DNA of 64,000 nt from Bacteriovoracaceae bacterium (GCA_048270185.1 JBLWTJ010000003.1:1-64000); one strand, 5' to 3'. Counted from the stretch's first letter, positions 38,991-50,366 are shown. Notes: a model not told the origin generated them from the letters alone. Numbers and translations are program-made.

Positions 38991-39965
38991 ATGGAAAACC
39001 AATTTATCTTTGTTTGTACAAATGTCGGAAATGAAAAACTCTTAAAAGAGGAAGTTCTAAACTTTTACCCCGAGCTGAAGTTTAGCTTTTCTAAGAAAGG
39101 ATTTGTAACATTCAAAAACACTGGTGTTCTCTACGATTTAAAGTCAATAGCACAGCTTCAATTAGCATTCTCAACACGAATTGGCCTCTTCTATGGAAAG
39201 GCAAAATCGGCGACAATTAAAGATGAAATTGAAAAAGTAGGATTTGATTTAAACGAAGTATTAATCCATTCTTTTAGTATTAATACTGATTATATTTTTG
39301 ATGCAGAAGAAGTTTTTGGCCCAGAGGTGAATTCTTATAGTGCCGACGGTAAAACGGTTGTGGATATTATGGCCCTTGGTGATGATGATCTATGGTTTGG
39401 TGCTCATACTGTTGCAGCGGGGATCACTCGTTATCCAAATGCGAATGCTAATTTAGATATTTCTGTGAAAACTCTATCTAGTGGATATGAAAAGCTAGCT
39501 CAAATTGTTCACTTATACTCAATTAAAATTTTTCGTGGAGATCTTTGGTTGGACTTTGGTGCGGCCCCAGGTGGTTCAAGTCAATTCTTATTAGAACAAG
39601 GATTAAAAGTTGTTGGTATTGATACCGCAAAGGCCCATGATGAAAATTTAAAAGATCGTAATTACAAACATATTAGAAAGTCTGTTCAGGACCTTTCACA
39701 AGAAGAGTTACCAGATGAAGTTCGTTGGGTTCATGCTGATCTTAATATAAACCCAAAGCAATCCATTAAAGAAGTTCTAAGACTTATTAAGAAGTACAAT
39801 AAGACATTAAAAGGGATTATCTTTACTGTTCAAGTTGTAAAGCCAGATATTATTAAGCATGTTGAGGAATTTGAAGATCAATTTTATGATTGGGGATTTC
39901 ACAATATCATTAGTCGCCAAGTGCCTGCCCATAAGAGCGAGTATGTGATCTTGGCAACTAGATAG
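38991..39965 (+). CDS. FtsJ/RlmM-like SAM-dependent RNA methyltransferase
   Basis: SSGYEKL, DFGAAPGG..VVGID; THUMP-like N-terminus. Confidence 0.75.
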   Translation: MENQFIFVCTNVGNEKLLKEEVLNFYPELKFSFSKKGFVTFKNTGVLYDLKSIAQLQLAFSTRIGLFYGKAKSATIKDEIEKVGFDLNEVLIHSFSINTDYIFDAEEVFGPEVNSYSADGKTVVDIMALGDDDLWFGAHTVAAGITRYPNANANLDISVKTLSSGYEKLAQIVHLYSIKIFRGDLWLDFGAAPGGSSQFLLEQGLKVVGIDTAKAHDENLKDRNYKHIRKSVQDLSQEELPDEVRWVHADLNINPKQSIKEVLRLIKKYNKTLKGIIFTVQVVKPDIIKHVEEFEDQFYDWGFHNIISRQVPAHKSEYVILATR

Positions 39966-39967
39966 TA

Positions 39968-40873
39968 TTATTTACGACGGCGATGCTTACCCTTGGCGTT
40001 TTGCTTTCGCTTTTCTTCGCGTTTAGTTGTCTTCCCACTGAAGTTAAATTCTTTATCCAACTCTTTAAAGAGTTTATCGTACTTACTCTTTTTCTTCTTT
40101 TGTTGCTGTTGTGGTTTTTTGACGATCTTCTTAGGGGCCTTCTTGTCTTCAGAAGAGGATCCCTCGATAAGCTTGTAGAGCCTTGCTATTTCGTCCTCAG
40201 TTAACTCGCGCCAGTCTCCAACACCAAGGCCAGATAGGCCAATATTCATAATGCGGACTCGATCTAACTTTGTCACATTGTAGCTGAAGTATTCGCACAT
40301 TCTTCTAATCTGACGGTTGAGACCTTGTACGAGAGTGATACTAAAGATATTCATACTTTCTTGTTCAACACGACACTTCTTAGTCATTGTTCCAAGGATT
40401 GGAACACCGCCGGCCATTCCTTCAATAAAGGCATCGGTGATTGGCCTATCAACAGTAACCATGTACTCTTTTTCGTGATTATTTCCAGCTCGTAGAATCT
40501 TATTAACGATATCACCATTATTTGTGAGAAAGATGAGTCCTTGTGAATCCTTATCGAGACGTCCGATAGGGAAGATTCGTTCGACGTGATTAACATAGTC
40601 GACAATATTATCTTTTTCACTACTCTCTGTAGTACTCACAATTCCACGTGGTTTATTAAGAGCAATGATAATTTCTTTTTCTTTAACCTTAGGCTTAACA
40701 ACAACACCGCGAACCTCAACGACATCACCTTCATGTACAGTCGCACCAATTCCAGCAATTTTTCCGTTAATTTTAACAACTTGTTGCTCGATTAAATCAT
40801 CAACCTCGCGACGAGAGCACATACCACTTTGGCTAATATACTTATTGATTCTCATTGAATTATCATTTTCCAT
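39968..40873 (-). CDS. rluF: 23S rRNA pseudouridine synthase RluF
   Basis: S4 domain [41 protein letters not shown]; basic tail. Confidence 0.92.
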   Translation of the reverse strand: MENDNSMRINKYISQSGMCSRREVDDLIEQQVVKINGKIAGIGATVHEGDVVEVRGVVVKPKVKEKEIIIALNKPRGIVSTTESSEKDNIVDYVNHVERIFPIGRLDKDSQGLIFLTNNGDIVNKILRAGNNHEKEYMVTVDRPITDAFIEGMAGGVPILGTMTKKCRVEQESMNIFSITLVQGLNRQIRRMCEYFSYNVTKLDRVRIMNIGLSGLGVGDWRELTEDEIARLYKLIEGSSSEDKKAPKKIVKKPQQQQKKKKSKYDKLFKELDKEFNFSGKTTKREEKRKQNAKGKHRRRK

Positions 40874-40959
40874 GAGGCTTATTTAGCATATTTTTATGTC
40901 ATAAATATAGCATCATGAAAAAAATCTCTCTTTTTAATTCCAATGTGTTATGTAAGGGC

Positions 40960-42126
40960 ATGAGCAAAAAGAAAAAATCGGCTATGGCACTACAAGGTGT
41001 AGGAATTGCACCAAATATTCTCCTTCAACATGTTGAAAATACAGCACCTTTTCTCTTTCAAGGGGAGCTTGATACAAAGGGTGAAAAGAAAGAATTCTTA
41101 GAAAAACTGAGGTTCTATAAGAAGAATCTCAAACAGCTAAATAATATCAATCTAGCTGAGTATTTTCATATCTGTCTATGTGCTCACTGGACGACGGCCG
41201 GAACTTTTGTTCCAACTGATGTGGACAATCAAATTCGCGAGACATTGTGGAAGCATAATCAAATTCTAAAATATATCGATAAAATGGCCCAGCTTACAAT
41301 TGATTCATGGACATGGGATTACTCTCAGGTCACAAGTCGTAAGGCATATAACAATGATAATAATACAGTCATGAGCACTCACGAGGGGACTTGGCTAAGT
41401 GTTGCCATTGGTGCTTACTGTGCTCTCGTTAAATACAAGAAGACAGAGCTTGCTCAAGAGATGGCCGATGTTATTCTTGAAGAAATTAAGAAAGAAGAAT
41501 TGATCATGCTTAAGCTTCGTGAAGAGCGAGACCATATCAACTTCTTAAGAGCTGCTCCTCTTATGGCCCATAACTTTGGTGATCTTGATCGCGTGATGGT
41601 TCAATGGAATATGGATCCAGAAGATGCATTCTATAAACGTATCTTTAAACTAGGCCACCAGCTTAATGAAAATTATGACCCAATTCTAGTTTATACAGGA
41701 AAAGTTAATAAGGAATTCTCTTCAAAAGAAAATCACCGCCATATGTCCATGAGACAACCAAAATGCTTAAGAAAATCTTCAAAATTTCTAATTCCTGTTG
41801 GTCCGTTTATGGATGATTGGGGGAAAGTATTAGGTGAGAGTGAACTTCTTTCAATGGAAGAGAAAGCCGAAATCGTGACAGCTTTCTACGATGGTTATAA
41901 GAGGCAAGATGAAGCCTTCGGTTATATTAGAGGATATAAGAATCTAGTCGAATCGATTGATGGTGGTCTGGCCGCTCTTGAACAATATCTTCCATTTGAT
42001 CTCGTTGCAGAAATGAAGAAGTCTGAATTTAGTGAGCAGGCTAAAATCTCACAAGAAGAATTTGAGGCTAGCTACAAGAAGCGTCTTGAAGATTTTGAGT
42101 GCCCGGTTACAAAAATTAAATTTTAA
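40960..42126 (+). CDS. Conserved hypothetical protein, His/Asp-rich motifs
   Basis: AHW..FVPTDVDN, STHEG, AHNFGDLDR, ENHRH; ATG 40960 after AAGGG. Confidence 0.7.
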   Translation: MSKKKKSAMALQGVGIAPNILLQHVENTAPFLFQGELDTKGEKKEFLEKLRFYKKNLKQLNNINLAEYFHICLCAHWTTAGTFVPTDVDNQIRETLWKHNQILKYIDKMAQLTIDSWTWDYSQVTSRKAYNNDNNTVMSTHEGTWLSVAIGAYCALVKYKKTELAQEMADVILEEIKKEELIMLKLREERDHINFLRAAPLMAHNFGDLDRVMVQWNMDPEDAFYKRIFKLGHQLNENYDPILVYTGKVNKEFSSKENHRHMSMRQPKCLRKSSKFLIPVGPFMDDWGKVLGESELLSMEEKAEIVTAFYDGYKRQDEAFGYIRGYKNLVESIDGGLAALEQYLPFDLVAEMKKSEFSEQAKISQEEFEASYKKRLEDFECPVTKIKF

Positions 42127-42134
42127 TGACTTTT

Positions 42135-42812
42135 TTAAGTTCGCTTTAAGTACCACCAGAAAAGTCTATTCAGTGGTGATAGAATTCCCGGTAAGAAGTT
42201 AAGGCGATTTTCTACCCATGAAATAACAAGGCAACCATCATCACTTGTTGCAACAGGTGCATGATGATCACTCTCTGTAAATGTTGAAAAATCACCTGTC
42301 GTTAAATCCTGTCCATTGCTTTGATAGCTTCCGGCAACAACATAAGAGTACTCTCGTCCACTGTGGCCGTGGTCTGGAATTGTTTCACCAGGTCCGACAT
42401 AGATAAAGAAGAGTCCACCATTTTCTCCCGAAGAAAGTTGAGCAACTCCACACTCTTTTCCAAACTCTTTCCACTTTACTTCAGTGTCCTTTACAAAGGC
42501 CATTGACTTAGGAAGCTCAAATTTACGATCATGAAAATTAACAGTAATGACATTATCTTCAACAACCTCTGAAGTTTTCTCTTCTTCATCTAAGAGATTA
42601 AGAATATCATTAAATGCATCATCGCTATTTTCTTTTTCGGATACTTCCTCAAAGAGTCGGTTAGATAGTTCATCTGTTTTTTGACTAATGTAATTACGAC
42701 ATTGCTGACAGTGATTAATGTGATTTGTTACTAGTAGTGAAATACCTGGCTCAAGTTGGCCATCGGCATACTTATTTAATACTAGGTTTTCAGGATGATA
42801 GAGCATATTCAT
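42135..42812 (-). CDS. chrR: ChrR anti-sigma factor
   Basis: HP..HINHCQQC ZAS motif plus cupin PDHGHSGRE..HHAP. Confidence 0.9.
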   Translation of the reverse strand: MNMLYHPENLVLNKYADGQLEPGISLLVTNHINHCQQCRNYISQKTDELSNRLFEEVSEKENSDDAFNDILNLLDEEEKTSEVVEDNVITVNFHDRKFELPKSMAFVKDTEVKWKEFGKECGVAQLSSGENGGLFFIYVGPGETIPDHGHSGREYSYVVAGSYQSNGQDLTTGDFSTFTESDHHAPVATSDDGCLVISWVENRLNFLPGILSPLNRLFWWYLKRT

Positions 42813-43360
42813 TTCTCCTCCTCCAATATAGTTTTTAAATTTTTAATTGCCAGTCTTGCTCGGGATTTAACAGTACCAAGAGGGATATTCTCCTTTTCGG
42901 CAAATTCACTTTGAGTTAGACCTTCAATATATAATCCATTTAGAACAGATTGTTGTTCATCTGATAAAGTAGAAATCATATGCTTTGTTTGGGCCAGTTC
43001 AAAAATTGTTTCACTATCATATTCAGTGACTTCTTCACTTTCATAAATATCTTGTGAACTGAGCTCAAGTGGATCTCGACTTTGTTTTCTTAGAAGATCA
43101 TATTTTAAATTTCTTGCTATGGTAAAAATCCAAGTATTTGGATTGGCGATATCTTTTTGATAGAGGTGTGCGCTCTTCCATACTTTAAGCATCGAATCTT
43201 GAGCTAGTTCTTTTGATACTTCACTGCTGAGACCTGACTTATGGCCAAAACTTACAAGGCGAGGATAGTAGAAATCAAATAAGGACTTAAAAGCCTTCTT
43301 TGATCTTTCCTTGGCAACAAGGCTTAGTAAATCTTCTAGATCTGATAGATTTAGTTGCAC
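42809..43360 (-). CDS. rpoE: ECF sigma factor (sigmaE-ChrR/ECF11 type)
   Basis: WIFTIARN..D, IPLGTVKSR; GTG 43360 after AGAGGA preferred to the track start, which overlaps its own promoter. Confidence 0.88.
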   Translation of the reverse strand: MQLNLSDLEDLLSLVAKERSKKAFKSLFDFYYPRLVSFGHKSGLSSEVSKELAQDSMLKVWKSAHLYQKDIANPNTWIFTIARNLKYDLLRKQSRDPLELSSQDIYESEEVTEYDSETIFELAQTKHMISTLSDEQQSVLNGLYIEGLTQSEFAEKENIPLGTVKSRARLAIKNLKTILEEEK

Positions 43361-43471
43361 ATTTCCTCTTTTATTTAAAACAGGCTCAATTTTATCACGT
43401 CCTCTCCATTTATCGAGTGGGTAATTAAGGATAAATTGATTTTGTAAGCTCAAGCTCTTCATATAAGTAAC

Positions 43472-43497
43472 TACGAAATTCCATCGTATTTGGATCA
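43472..43497 (-). promoter_or_regulatory. sigmaE(ChrR)-type promoter for rpoE-chrR
   Basis: Minus-strand TGATCC-N16-CGTA. Confidence 0.8.
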
Positions 43498-43575
43498 CTA
43501 AGGCCTAAAACTTTCTTAAATGGATCTCTTAAGTACTTAATATTTATAGAAAATAGTATTCTCTTAGCTTCAAGG

Positions 43576-43601
43576 TGATCCAATAATGACTTCATCTCGT
43601 A
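43576..43601 (+). promoter_or_regulatory. sigmaE(ChrR)-type promoter for the lipid-modification operon
   Basis: TGATCC(43576-81)-N16-CGTA(43598-601). Confidence 0.8.
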
Positions 43602-43626
43602 CTTACTAATAACGAAATAAAACAAG

Positions 43627-44901
43627 GTGAGTAACGTGTTTGAAAATTTAGGTGTGATTCTATTTATGGTTTTGGCCTACTTTATCGTTGGCTGGTTTAT
43701 CTGCTTTCGCATAAAAGTATTTGCATACCTAGACTTTATTTGGAGCTCAAGCTTCTTACTTGTGATGGGTATACTTTTTTATCAATATCCTCTTGCCCTT
43801 GAATCCTTACAAACAAAATTCATCTTTCTGATGTACACAATTTGGTCTTTAAGACTCAGCAGTCATCTCTTCTTTAGGATAAGAAAGCAAGGTGAAGATA
43901 ATCGTTATATTACTTTAAAGAAAGAATGGAAAATGATGTATGGAATTAAATTTCTGGGTCTCTTTGTCGTTGAAGCAATACTTACTTTCATTCTCTCAAT
44001 TCCTCTCTACCTATCTTTAGAAACTGAGTTTAGTTTCGTTAGTTATCTTGGTATTGCTCTCTTTATTATTGCACTAAGTGCTGAAATAATTTCAGATTCT
44101 CAATTAAAGAGATTTGTTGCTACAAATAAAGGTAAGGTTTGTAATGTTGGATTGTGGAAGTACTCACGTCATCCAAATTATTTCTTTGAGACACTAATTT
44201 GGTTATCATTTGGAATTTATGGGTTATCAACTGACTGGTGGAGTGCAATAGGCTTAATACCGTATTTAATTATGCTCTATCTCATTACCAATATTACAGG
44301 TGTACCACCTGCGGAAAGTTCATCATTGGCCTCTAAAGGTGATATCTACCGTGAGTATCAAAGACAAACAAGTCGCTTTATCTTGTGGTTCCCAAAAGCA
44401 GTTGTAATTTTTCTTTTAATTATTGGAGGATCAATGGATATGTCATATGCACAAGAAAGAACACAAGGATCATTATCGCAGCAAGATCGCATTAAGTATG
44501 CTTTTACAAATTTACGAGCAGATAATTTAGAGATTCTTGATGGCTTCTATGACCCTAAGACACTCTTTGTTGACCCTCTTGGTGAACATAAAGGAATTGA
44601 AGAGGTTAAGAAGTATTACTACAACCTTTATAAGAATGTAGAAGATATTAATTTTGAGTACCGAGATATTATTTCAAATGGAAACTCTCATGTCTTGATT
44701 TGGAAAATGAACCTAAAGGCACCAGGGTTAAACTCAGGTGAGCTTGTCACATTAGAGGGGAATTCGGTTATTCGCTTTAATGAAGCCGGACTTGTCTCTT
44801 ATCACCGTGATTACTTTGATATGGGAGAGTTTGTTTATGAAAATGTTGCGGTTCTAGGCTCTATTATTAAATACGTGAAAAAACGTATGAAGGGTGAGTA
44901 A
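43627..44901 (+). CDS. DUF1295 membrane domain fused to SnoaL/NTF2-like domain
   Basis: GEDNRY..GLWKYSRHPNYFFE..YQRQTSRF, then FVDPLGEHKG..HRDYFDMG. Confidence 0.85.
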   Translation: MSNVFENLGVILFMVLAYFIVGWFICFRIKVFAYLDFIWSSSFLLVMGILFYQYPLALESLQTKFIFLMYTIWSLRLSSHLFFRIRKQGEDNRYITLKKEWKMMYGIKFLGLFVVEAILTFILSIPLYLSLETEFSFVSYLGIALFIIALSAEIISDSQLKRFVATNKGKVCNVGLWKYSRHPNYFFETLIWLSFGIYGLSTDWWSAIGLIPYLIMLYLITNITGVPPAESSSLASKGDIYREYQRQTSRFILWFPKAVVIFLLIIGGSMDMSYAQERTQGSLSQQDRIKYAFTNLRADNLEILDGFYDPKTLFVDPLGEHKGIEEVKKYYYNLYKNVEDINFEYRDIISNGNSHVLIWKMNLKAPGLNSGELVTLEGNSVIRFNEAGLVSYHRDYFDMGEFVYENVAVLGSIIKYVKKRMKGE

Positions 44902-46139
44902 TGAAAATCGCGATCATTGGCTCTGGTATTGCAGGCCTTACATGTACTTATAAGCTTGCCTCAAATCATGATGTGACTCTATTTGAGGCCAATGACTACT
45001 TAGGTGGTCATACCCACACACATGATATCAATCTTGATGGAAGAGACTATTCTATTGATACTGGCTTTATTGTCTTTAACAAGAAAACATATCCTCACTT
45101 TCTAAAGCTAATTGAAGACCTAGATGTTTCTTATAAGCCAACTTCCATGAGCTTTAGTGTTTCATGTGAGAAGACTGGACTTGAGTATAATGGGACAGAT
45201 ATGAACCGTCTCTTTGCTCAAAGACGAAATATAGTACGTCCGTGGTTCTACTCAATGCTTAAAGGGATCATGGACTTCAATAAGCATGCCAAGGATTATC
45301 TACAAGATGATGCCGGTGATATCTCTCTGAGTGAGTTCTTTGAAACAAGAAAAGTTAAACCAAGTGTTATTGATTTCTATATTGTTCCCATGATGGCCGC
45401 CGTGTGGTCGACCGACCCAATCGATGTTTGGCGCTTCCCAGCTCGCTTTGTGTTACGCTTCTTTGAAAACCATGGCTTTCTTGAGGTTGATGATCGCCCT
45501 CAGTGGTACGTTATTGATGGTGGCTCAAATTCTTATATTAAGAAAATGCTCCCACATATTTCAAAAAGTGTTCGACTTTCAACTCCTGTCTTAGGAGTTA
45601 AAAGAGAAGAGAATCGTGTACTTGTAAAAACAAAAGACGGTGTTGAGGAATTCGATTATATCATTATGGCCACTCATAGTGATACTGCCTTAAAGTTACT
45701 AAGTGATAAGACTCAGGATGAAGAGCAAATTCTCTCTTCAATTCCATATATTGCAAACCCAACTTATCTTCATACGGATCGTAGCTTTTTACCTAAGAGA
45801 AAACTTGCTTGGGCCGCTTGGAATTATCAATTACCAAAAGAGAGTAGTGTCGGTTCAACTGTAACCTACAATATGAATATTCTTCAAGAGATTGAAAGTG
45901 AGCATGAATTTAATGTCACATTAAACCCATTTAATAAAATTGATCCGAGTAAAATTATTAAAGAAATGAACTATATGCACCCATTATTCTCTTTAGAAGG
46001 AATGCAAGCTCAGAAACGCTGGAGTGACATTAGTGGACGAAATCGTACCTTCTTCTGTGGTGCTTATTGGCGAAATGGATTCCATGAAGATGGTGTCTTT
46101 AGTGCTCTAAGAGTAATTGATCAGTTGGAGGGAAAATGA
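44901..46139 (+). CDS. FAD-dependent oxidoreductase (RSP1091/UfaD-like)
   Basis: [37 protein letters not shown]. Confidence 0.88.
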   Translation: MKIAIIGSGIAGLTCTYKLASNHDVTLFEANDYLGGHTHTHDINLDGRDYSIDTGFIVFNKKTYPHFLKLIEDLDVSYKPTSMSFSVSCEKTGLEYNGTDMNRLFAQRRNIVRPWFYSMLKGIMDFNKHAKDYLQDDAGDISLSEFFETRKVKPSVIDFYIVPMMAAVWSTDPIDVWRFPARFVLRFFENHGFLEVDDRPQWYVIDGGSNSYIKKMLPHISKSVRLSTPVLGVKREENRVLVKTKDGVEEFDYIIMATHSDTALKLLSDKTQDEEQILSSIPYIANPTYLHTDRSFLPKRKLAWAAWNYQLPKESSVGSTVTYNMNILQEIESEHEFNVTLNPFNKIDPSKIIKEMNYMHPLFSLEGMQAQKRWSDISGRNRTFFCGAYWRNGFHEDGVFSALRVIDQLEGK

Positions 46140-46912
46140 AAAGCTGCCTCTATACAGGTGATGTGATTCATCACCGCTTTACTCCAAAGAAGCACTACTT
46201 TAAGTATGGCCTCTTCCTAACTTATCTTGACCTTGATGAGCTTAATGACGTCTTTTCGAAATCAATATTCTGGTCTGTGAGTCGTTTTAACTTCGCCACT
46301 TTTAGAAGAAGTGATTATCATGGTGATCCAAAGAAAGACTTAAAAGAAGAGGTTCTTAATACAGTCGAAGAAAATATCGGTCATCGACCAACTGGACGAG
46401 TGAGAATTCTTACAAATATGAGATTCTTTGGTGTCTGTTTTAACCCTGTGTCTTTCTATTACTGCTTTGATAAGACAGAAAGTGGTGAAGAACTTCGAGT
46501 TATTATGGCCGAGATTGAGAATACTCCTTGGGGAGAGAGGTATACTTACTTCCTTGAAAATCTCGATTCAAAGCTGAAAAAAGAATTTCACATTTCCCCA
46601 TTCTTCCCAATGAATATTAATTACCATTGGAAATTTTCTAAACCAGAAGAAAAAATAAATATCAATATGGTTAGTAACCAAGATGGCCAAAAAGTCTTTG
46701 TTGCTAACCTTAATTTAAAGCGTGTTGAGATCAGTCGTTCAAGTCTCAACCGTATGTTGTTGCGGTATCCCCTCATGACCCTGAAGGTGATTGGGGGGAT
46801 ATATTACCAGGCCCTAAAGCTCTGGTTGAAGAGGGTGCCTTTCTATGAACATCCAAAACCAGAAAGCCGTCGAAGTATGCTTGTAAAAAAGGAGATTGAA
46901 TATGAGAAATGA
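46136..46912 (+). CDS. DUF1365 protein (RSP1090/UfaO-like)
   Basis: [45 protein letters not shown]. Confidence 0.88.
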   Translation: MKSCLYTGDVIHHRFTPKKHYFKYGLFLTYLDLDELNDVFSKSIFWSVSRFNFATFRRSDYHGDPKKDLKEEVLNTVEENIGHRPTGRVRILTNMRFFGVCFNPVSFYYCFDKTESGEELRVIMAEIENTPWGERYTYFLENLDSKLKKEFHISPFFPMNINYHWKFSKPEEKININMVSNQDGQKVFVANLNLKRVEISRSSLNRMLLRYPLMTLKVIGGIYYQALKLWLKRVPFYEHPKPESRRSMLVKKEIEYEK

Positions 46913-48164
46913 AGCTGAAATTACAAATGGAACTGGGCAGCTAAGTGTTGTCTCAAGTGATAGTTGGATCCTTTCATCTCTTAAGAATCTAATCATTGGT
47001 AAACTTAATTCTCTTGAGAATGTTCGTCTTATAATTACCATTGGAAAAGAAAGGTATACTTTGGGACAAGGAGAGCCTCTTGTAGAGGGCGAGATTAATG
47101 TTTTTGATCTGAATTTCTTCATGGATATATTCTTAAGAGGATCGATAGGTGCCGCAGAGTCTTATGTTCTAAAGAAGTGGGATACACCAAATCTCGATAA
47201 TGTCATGAGTGTCTTCGCCCTAAATAAATCAACTCTTAGTCAAATGGATTCAGGTGTTGTTGATTTCTTAAAGCCTGTTCGCTTCTTAGAGTACTGGCAG
47301 AGCCGAAATACTCTTAAAGGATCAAAGAAGAATATCAAGGCCCATTATGATCTTCCTGATGAGCTCTTTAAGCACTTTTTAGATGATTCGATGATGTATT
47401 CGTCGGCCTATTTTCCAACGGAGAAGTCAACTCTCGAAGAGGCCCAACAGGCAAAGCTTAATCTCATCGCAGACAGGCTTCAGATTCGTCCAGGGGATAC
47501 TATTTTAGAAATTGGAACAGGTTGGGGTGGTCTTGCGATTCATCTGGCCAAAAATTATGACTGTCATGTTACGACAACTACAATTTCAGATAATCAATTT
47601 GCTGAAGCACAGAAAAGAATAAAAGAGAATGGCCTAGAAGATAAGATAACACTTCTTAAAGATGACTATCGTCTCCTTACTGGAGTCTATGATCGCGTCG
47701 TTTCAATTGAAATGATTGAAGCCGTTGGAGAAGCCTATCTTGATAATTATATTCAAAAGATTTCAAGTGTACTTAAAGAGGATGGCCTAGCTCTATTGCA
47801 AGTTATCACGATTAATGATCAAGAATATGCAAGAGCGGTTAAAGAGTTAGACTTCATAAAGAAGTTTATCTTTCCAGGAAGTTTTATTCCTTCTGTTCAC
47901 GCTGTTCTGAGTAGTGCCAAGAAGACTGATATGAGAATGTATCTTCAGTCTGACTTTACTAGTCACTATGCACGCACGCTTGAAGAATGGAAGAAACGAT
48001 TTAATACAGACACATATAAAATTGGAAAGTTAGGAACAGATGAAGAATTTATTCGTCTTTGGAATTTCTATTTTTCATATTGTATTGGTGGATTTGCTCA
48101 AAGAGCAATCGGTGTCTCACATATGGTTTTTGGAAAGCCTGAGTTTCGTGGTGAAATAAGGTAA
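46902..48164 (+). CDS. cfa: Cyclopropane/unsaturated fatty-acid methyltransferase (Cfa/UfaM-like)
   Basis: [36 protein letters not shown]. Confidence 0.88.
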   Translation: MRNEAEITNGTGQLSVVSSDSWILSSLKNLIIGKLNSLENVRLIITIGKERYTLGQGEPLVEGEINVFDLNFFMDIFLRGSIGAAESYVLKKWDTPNLDNVMSVFALNKSTLSQMDSGVVDFLKPVRFLEYWQSRNTLKGSKKNIKAHYDLPDELFKHFLDDSMMYSSAYFPTEKSTLEEAQQAKLNLIADRLQIRPGDTILEIGTGWGGLAIHLAKNYDCHVTTTTISDNQFAEAQKRIKENGLEDKITLLKDDYRLLTGVYDRVVSIEMIEAVGEAYLDNYIQKISSVLKEDGLALLQVITINDQEYARAVKELDFIKKFIFPGSFIPSVHAVLSSAKKTDMRMYLQSDFTSHYARTLEEWKKRFNTDTYKIGKLGTDEEFIRLWNFYFSYCIGGFAQRAIGVSHMVFGKPEFRGEIR

Positions 48165-48174
48165 GGAGTTAAAA

Positions 48175-49200
48175 ATGTCATTAGTAATGAATGCAGTAGA
48201 AAGAGGACTTGTTCCTGAACCAATTGTTAGAGCAGGAATTAGAAAACTCATTAAACAGCGTAAAGATGAAATTGAATCTAATTTTGACTTTCATCGAGAT
48301 GGAATTATTGGTGAGTTCAATAAATCAAAGATAGCAGAAGAAACACAAGCAGCAAATGAACAGCACTATGAATTGCCTAGTGATTTCTTTCTCTATGCTC
48401 TTGGCCCAAATTTAAAGTATTCGAGTGCTCTCTATGAAGACTCGACTAAGACTTTAGGCGAAGCTGAAGAGTTAATGCTTGAAGCCTATTGTGAAAGAGG
48501 TCAATTTAAAGACGGACAAACGATTTTAGAGTTAGGTTGTGGGTGGGGCTCGTTAACTCTATACCTAGCAAAGAAATATCCAAACTCTAAGATTAAGGCT
48601 ATTTCAAACTCTCATAGCCAAAGACTCTTTATTGAAGAACGAATTAAAGAACGTGGATTAAAGAATGTTACGATTCTAACTCGTGATATCAATGAGTTTC
48701 AAATTGATGAAAAGTTTGATCGAATTATCTCAATTGAAATGTTTGAGCATATGAGAAATTATCAAGAATTATTCTCCAAAGTATCTTCTTGGTTAAAAGA
48801 TGATGGAAAGCTTTTCTTACATGTTTTCTGTCATGATAAAGCATCTTACTTCTTTGAAACAGAAGGCGAGGACAATTGGATGGGACGCTACTTCTTTACT
48901 GGTGGTGTGATGCCAAGCTTTGATCTTTTTGAGAGAATTCAAGATAGCTTTAGTCTTGTAAGTAAATGGAAGGTTAATGGTAAGAGTTATCAGAAAACTT
49001 CTGAAGCATGGTTTGATAATATGCAGAGTAATCGCCATAAGATCATGCCTATTCTTGAGAAAACATATGGTAAATCCGATGCAAATATTTGGTTTAATCG
49101 TTGGAAAATCTTCTTTGCCTCATGTGCTGAATTATTTGGCTACAATGATGGGAATGAATGGTTTGTTGGACATTTTCTCTTTGAAAAAACGAGAAAGTAG
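48175..49200 (+). CDS. Second Cfa-family SAM methyltransferase
   Basis: ANEQHYEL, LELGCGWG, SIEMFEHMRN, WMGRYFFTGG. Confidence 0.87.
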   Translation: MSLVMNAVERGLVPEPIVRAGIRKLIKQRKDEIESNFDFHRDGIIGEFNKSKIAEETQAANEQHYELPSDFFLYALGPNLKYSSALYEDSTKTLGEAEELMLEAYCERGQFKDGQTILELGCGWGSLTLYLAKKYPNSKIKAISNSHSQRLFIEERIKERGLKNVTILTRDINEFQIDEKFDRIISIEMFEHMRNYQELFSKVSSWLKDDGKLFLHVFCHDKASYFFETEGEDNWMGRYFFTGGVMPSFDLFERIQDSFSLVSKWKVNGKSYQKTSEAWFDNMQSNRHKIMPILEKTYGKSDANIWFNRWKIFFASCAELFGYNDGNEWFVGHFLFEKTRK

Positions 49201-49221
49201 AAGCTTAAAGTAACGGAGTCG

Positions 49222-49917
49222 ATGATGATTTTTGCAATTATTTTCTTAGTAGGACATTGGTATCTCTCTCTCTTTTGCCAATCCTTCTATTTACATCGCT
49301 ATATTTCACATCGACTTTGTTATTTAAGTCCAGGTTGGGATCGTTTTTTTCTCATTTTGACTATCGTCTCTCAAGGTCCAAGTTTTTTAAGACCTCAACA
49401 CTATCGTAAATTACATATGGATCATCATCGACACTCAGATTCAGAAAAAGATCCTCATTCTCCTAATACAAATCGAAATATCATCGAGATGATGAAAAGA
49501 ACTTACCATGAGTATATGAGTGCTAAGGCCTCGAAAGAAACTTTTCCAAAACTTGTTGCCTTTGCCGATTCGATTCCTGTTAGAGTCTTTTTTGTTTTAT
49601 TCTATGTCGGCCTATACTTGGTTTTTACCGATAGTTACTGGTACTTGTTACTCGTTCCTATCCATTCTTTTATGGGACCAATCCACGGTGCTATAGTTAA
49701 TTGGTGTGGACATAAATACGGTTATCGTAATCATGATTTGGAAGATCAATCTAAGAATACACTTCTTATCGACTTTCTTATGATGGGGGAGCTCTATCAG
49801 AACAATCACCATGCAAACGCTAATAGCTTAAACTTTGCGACAAGAAAAATTGAAATGGATTTCACTTATATGACTTTAATTATTTTGAAACGCCTAAGGA
49901 TTCTAAATTATGATTAG
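49222..49917 (+). CDS. Fatty-acid (acyl-CoA-type) desaturase
   Basis: His boxes HRYISH, HMDHH, QNNHH. Confidence 0.87.
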   Translation: MMIFAIIFLVGHWYLSLFCQSFYLHRYISHRLCYLSPGWDRFFLILTIVSQGPSFLRPQHYRKLHMDHHRHSDSEKDPHSPNTNRNIIEMMKRTYHEYMSAKASKETFPKLVAFADSIPVRVFFVLFYVGLYLVFTDSYWYLLLVPIHSFMGPIHGAIVNWCGHKYGYRNHDLEDQSKNTLLIDFLMMGELYQNNHHANANSLNFATRKIEMDFTYMTLIILKRLRILNYD

Positions 49918-50365
49918 AGTAATCTTCGTCTTTCTATTCATGAGTTGTACTTTTGCAAGTAACTTCAAAGAAGTAGGCAAAGGTATATTGACTTACATTT
50001 TTTGGGATGTCTATGAAGTGACTTACCTAAAAAGCGATAATGGACAGAATGAAATTATGAAGATTAAGTATCTCAGAGATATTGAACAGGACTTATCAAA
50101 GAGAGGATGGACAGAGTCCTTAGCTCATATCAAGGATGCGGATAAGCAGATTGAATGGCTTAGAGAGAGTACTGTGAATATAAAAAAAGGTGACCTTCTT
50201 ACATTGAGCCGCTCTAACGGTGAGAATGTTTCGATCAGTTATAATGGTAAAATTATTTCAAAAAAGAATAATGATAAGAAATTATACCGACTGATTTATG
50301 AACCCTGGTTAGGTGATAAACCAGTCGATGAAGATTTAAAGCAAGAGTTACTAAGTGGTAAGTAA
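49910..50365 (+). CDS. Chalcone-isomerase-like secreted protein
   Basis: Signal peptide; VGKG.L.YIFWDVY..YLRDI..WLG pattern. Confidence 0.7.
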   Translation: MIRVIFVFLFMSCTFASNFKEVGKGILTYIFWDVYEVTYLKSDNGQNEIMKIKYLRDIEQDLSKRGWTESLAHIKDADKQIEWLRESTVNIKKGDLLTLSRSNGENVSISYNGKIISKKNNDKKLYRLIYEPWLGDKPVDEDLKQELLSGK

Positions 50366-50366
50366 T

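Noticed and set aside
43361..43625. Track N-terminal extension of the sigma factor and the 66-aa ORF 43425..43625
   Set aside because: Both overlap the two sigmaE promoters, and a better SD-GTG exists at 43360. A leaderless ATG at 43462 is not excluded.
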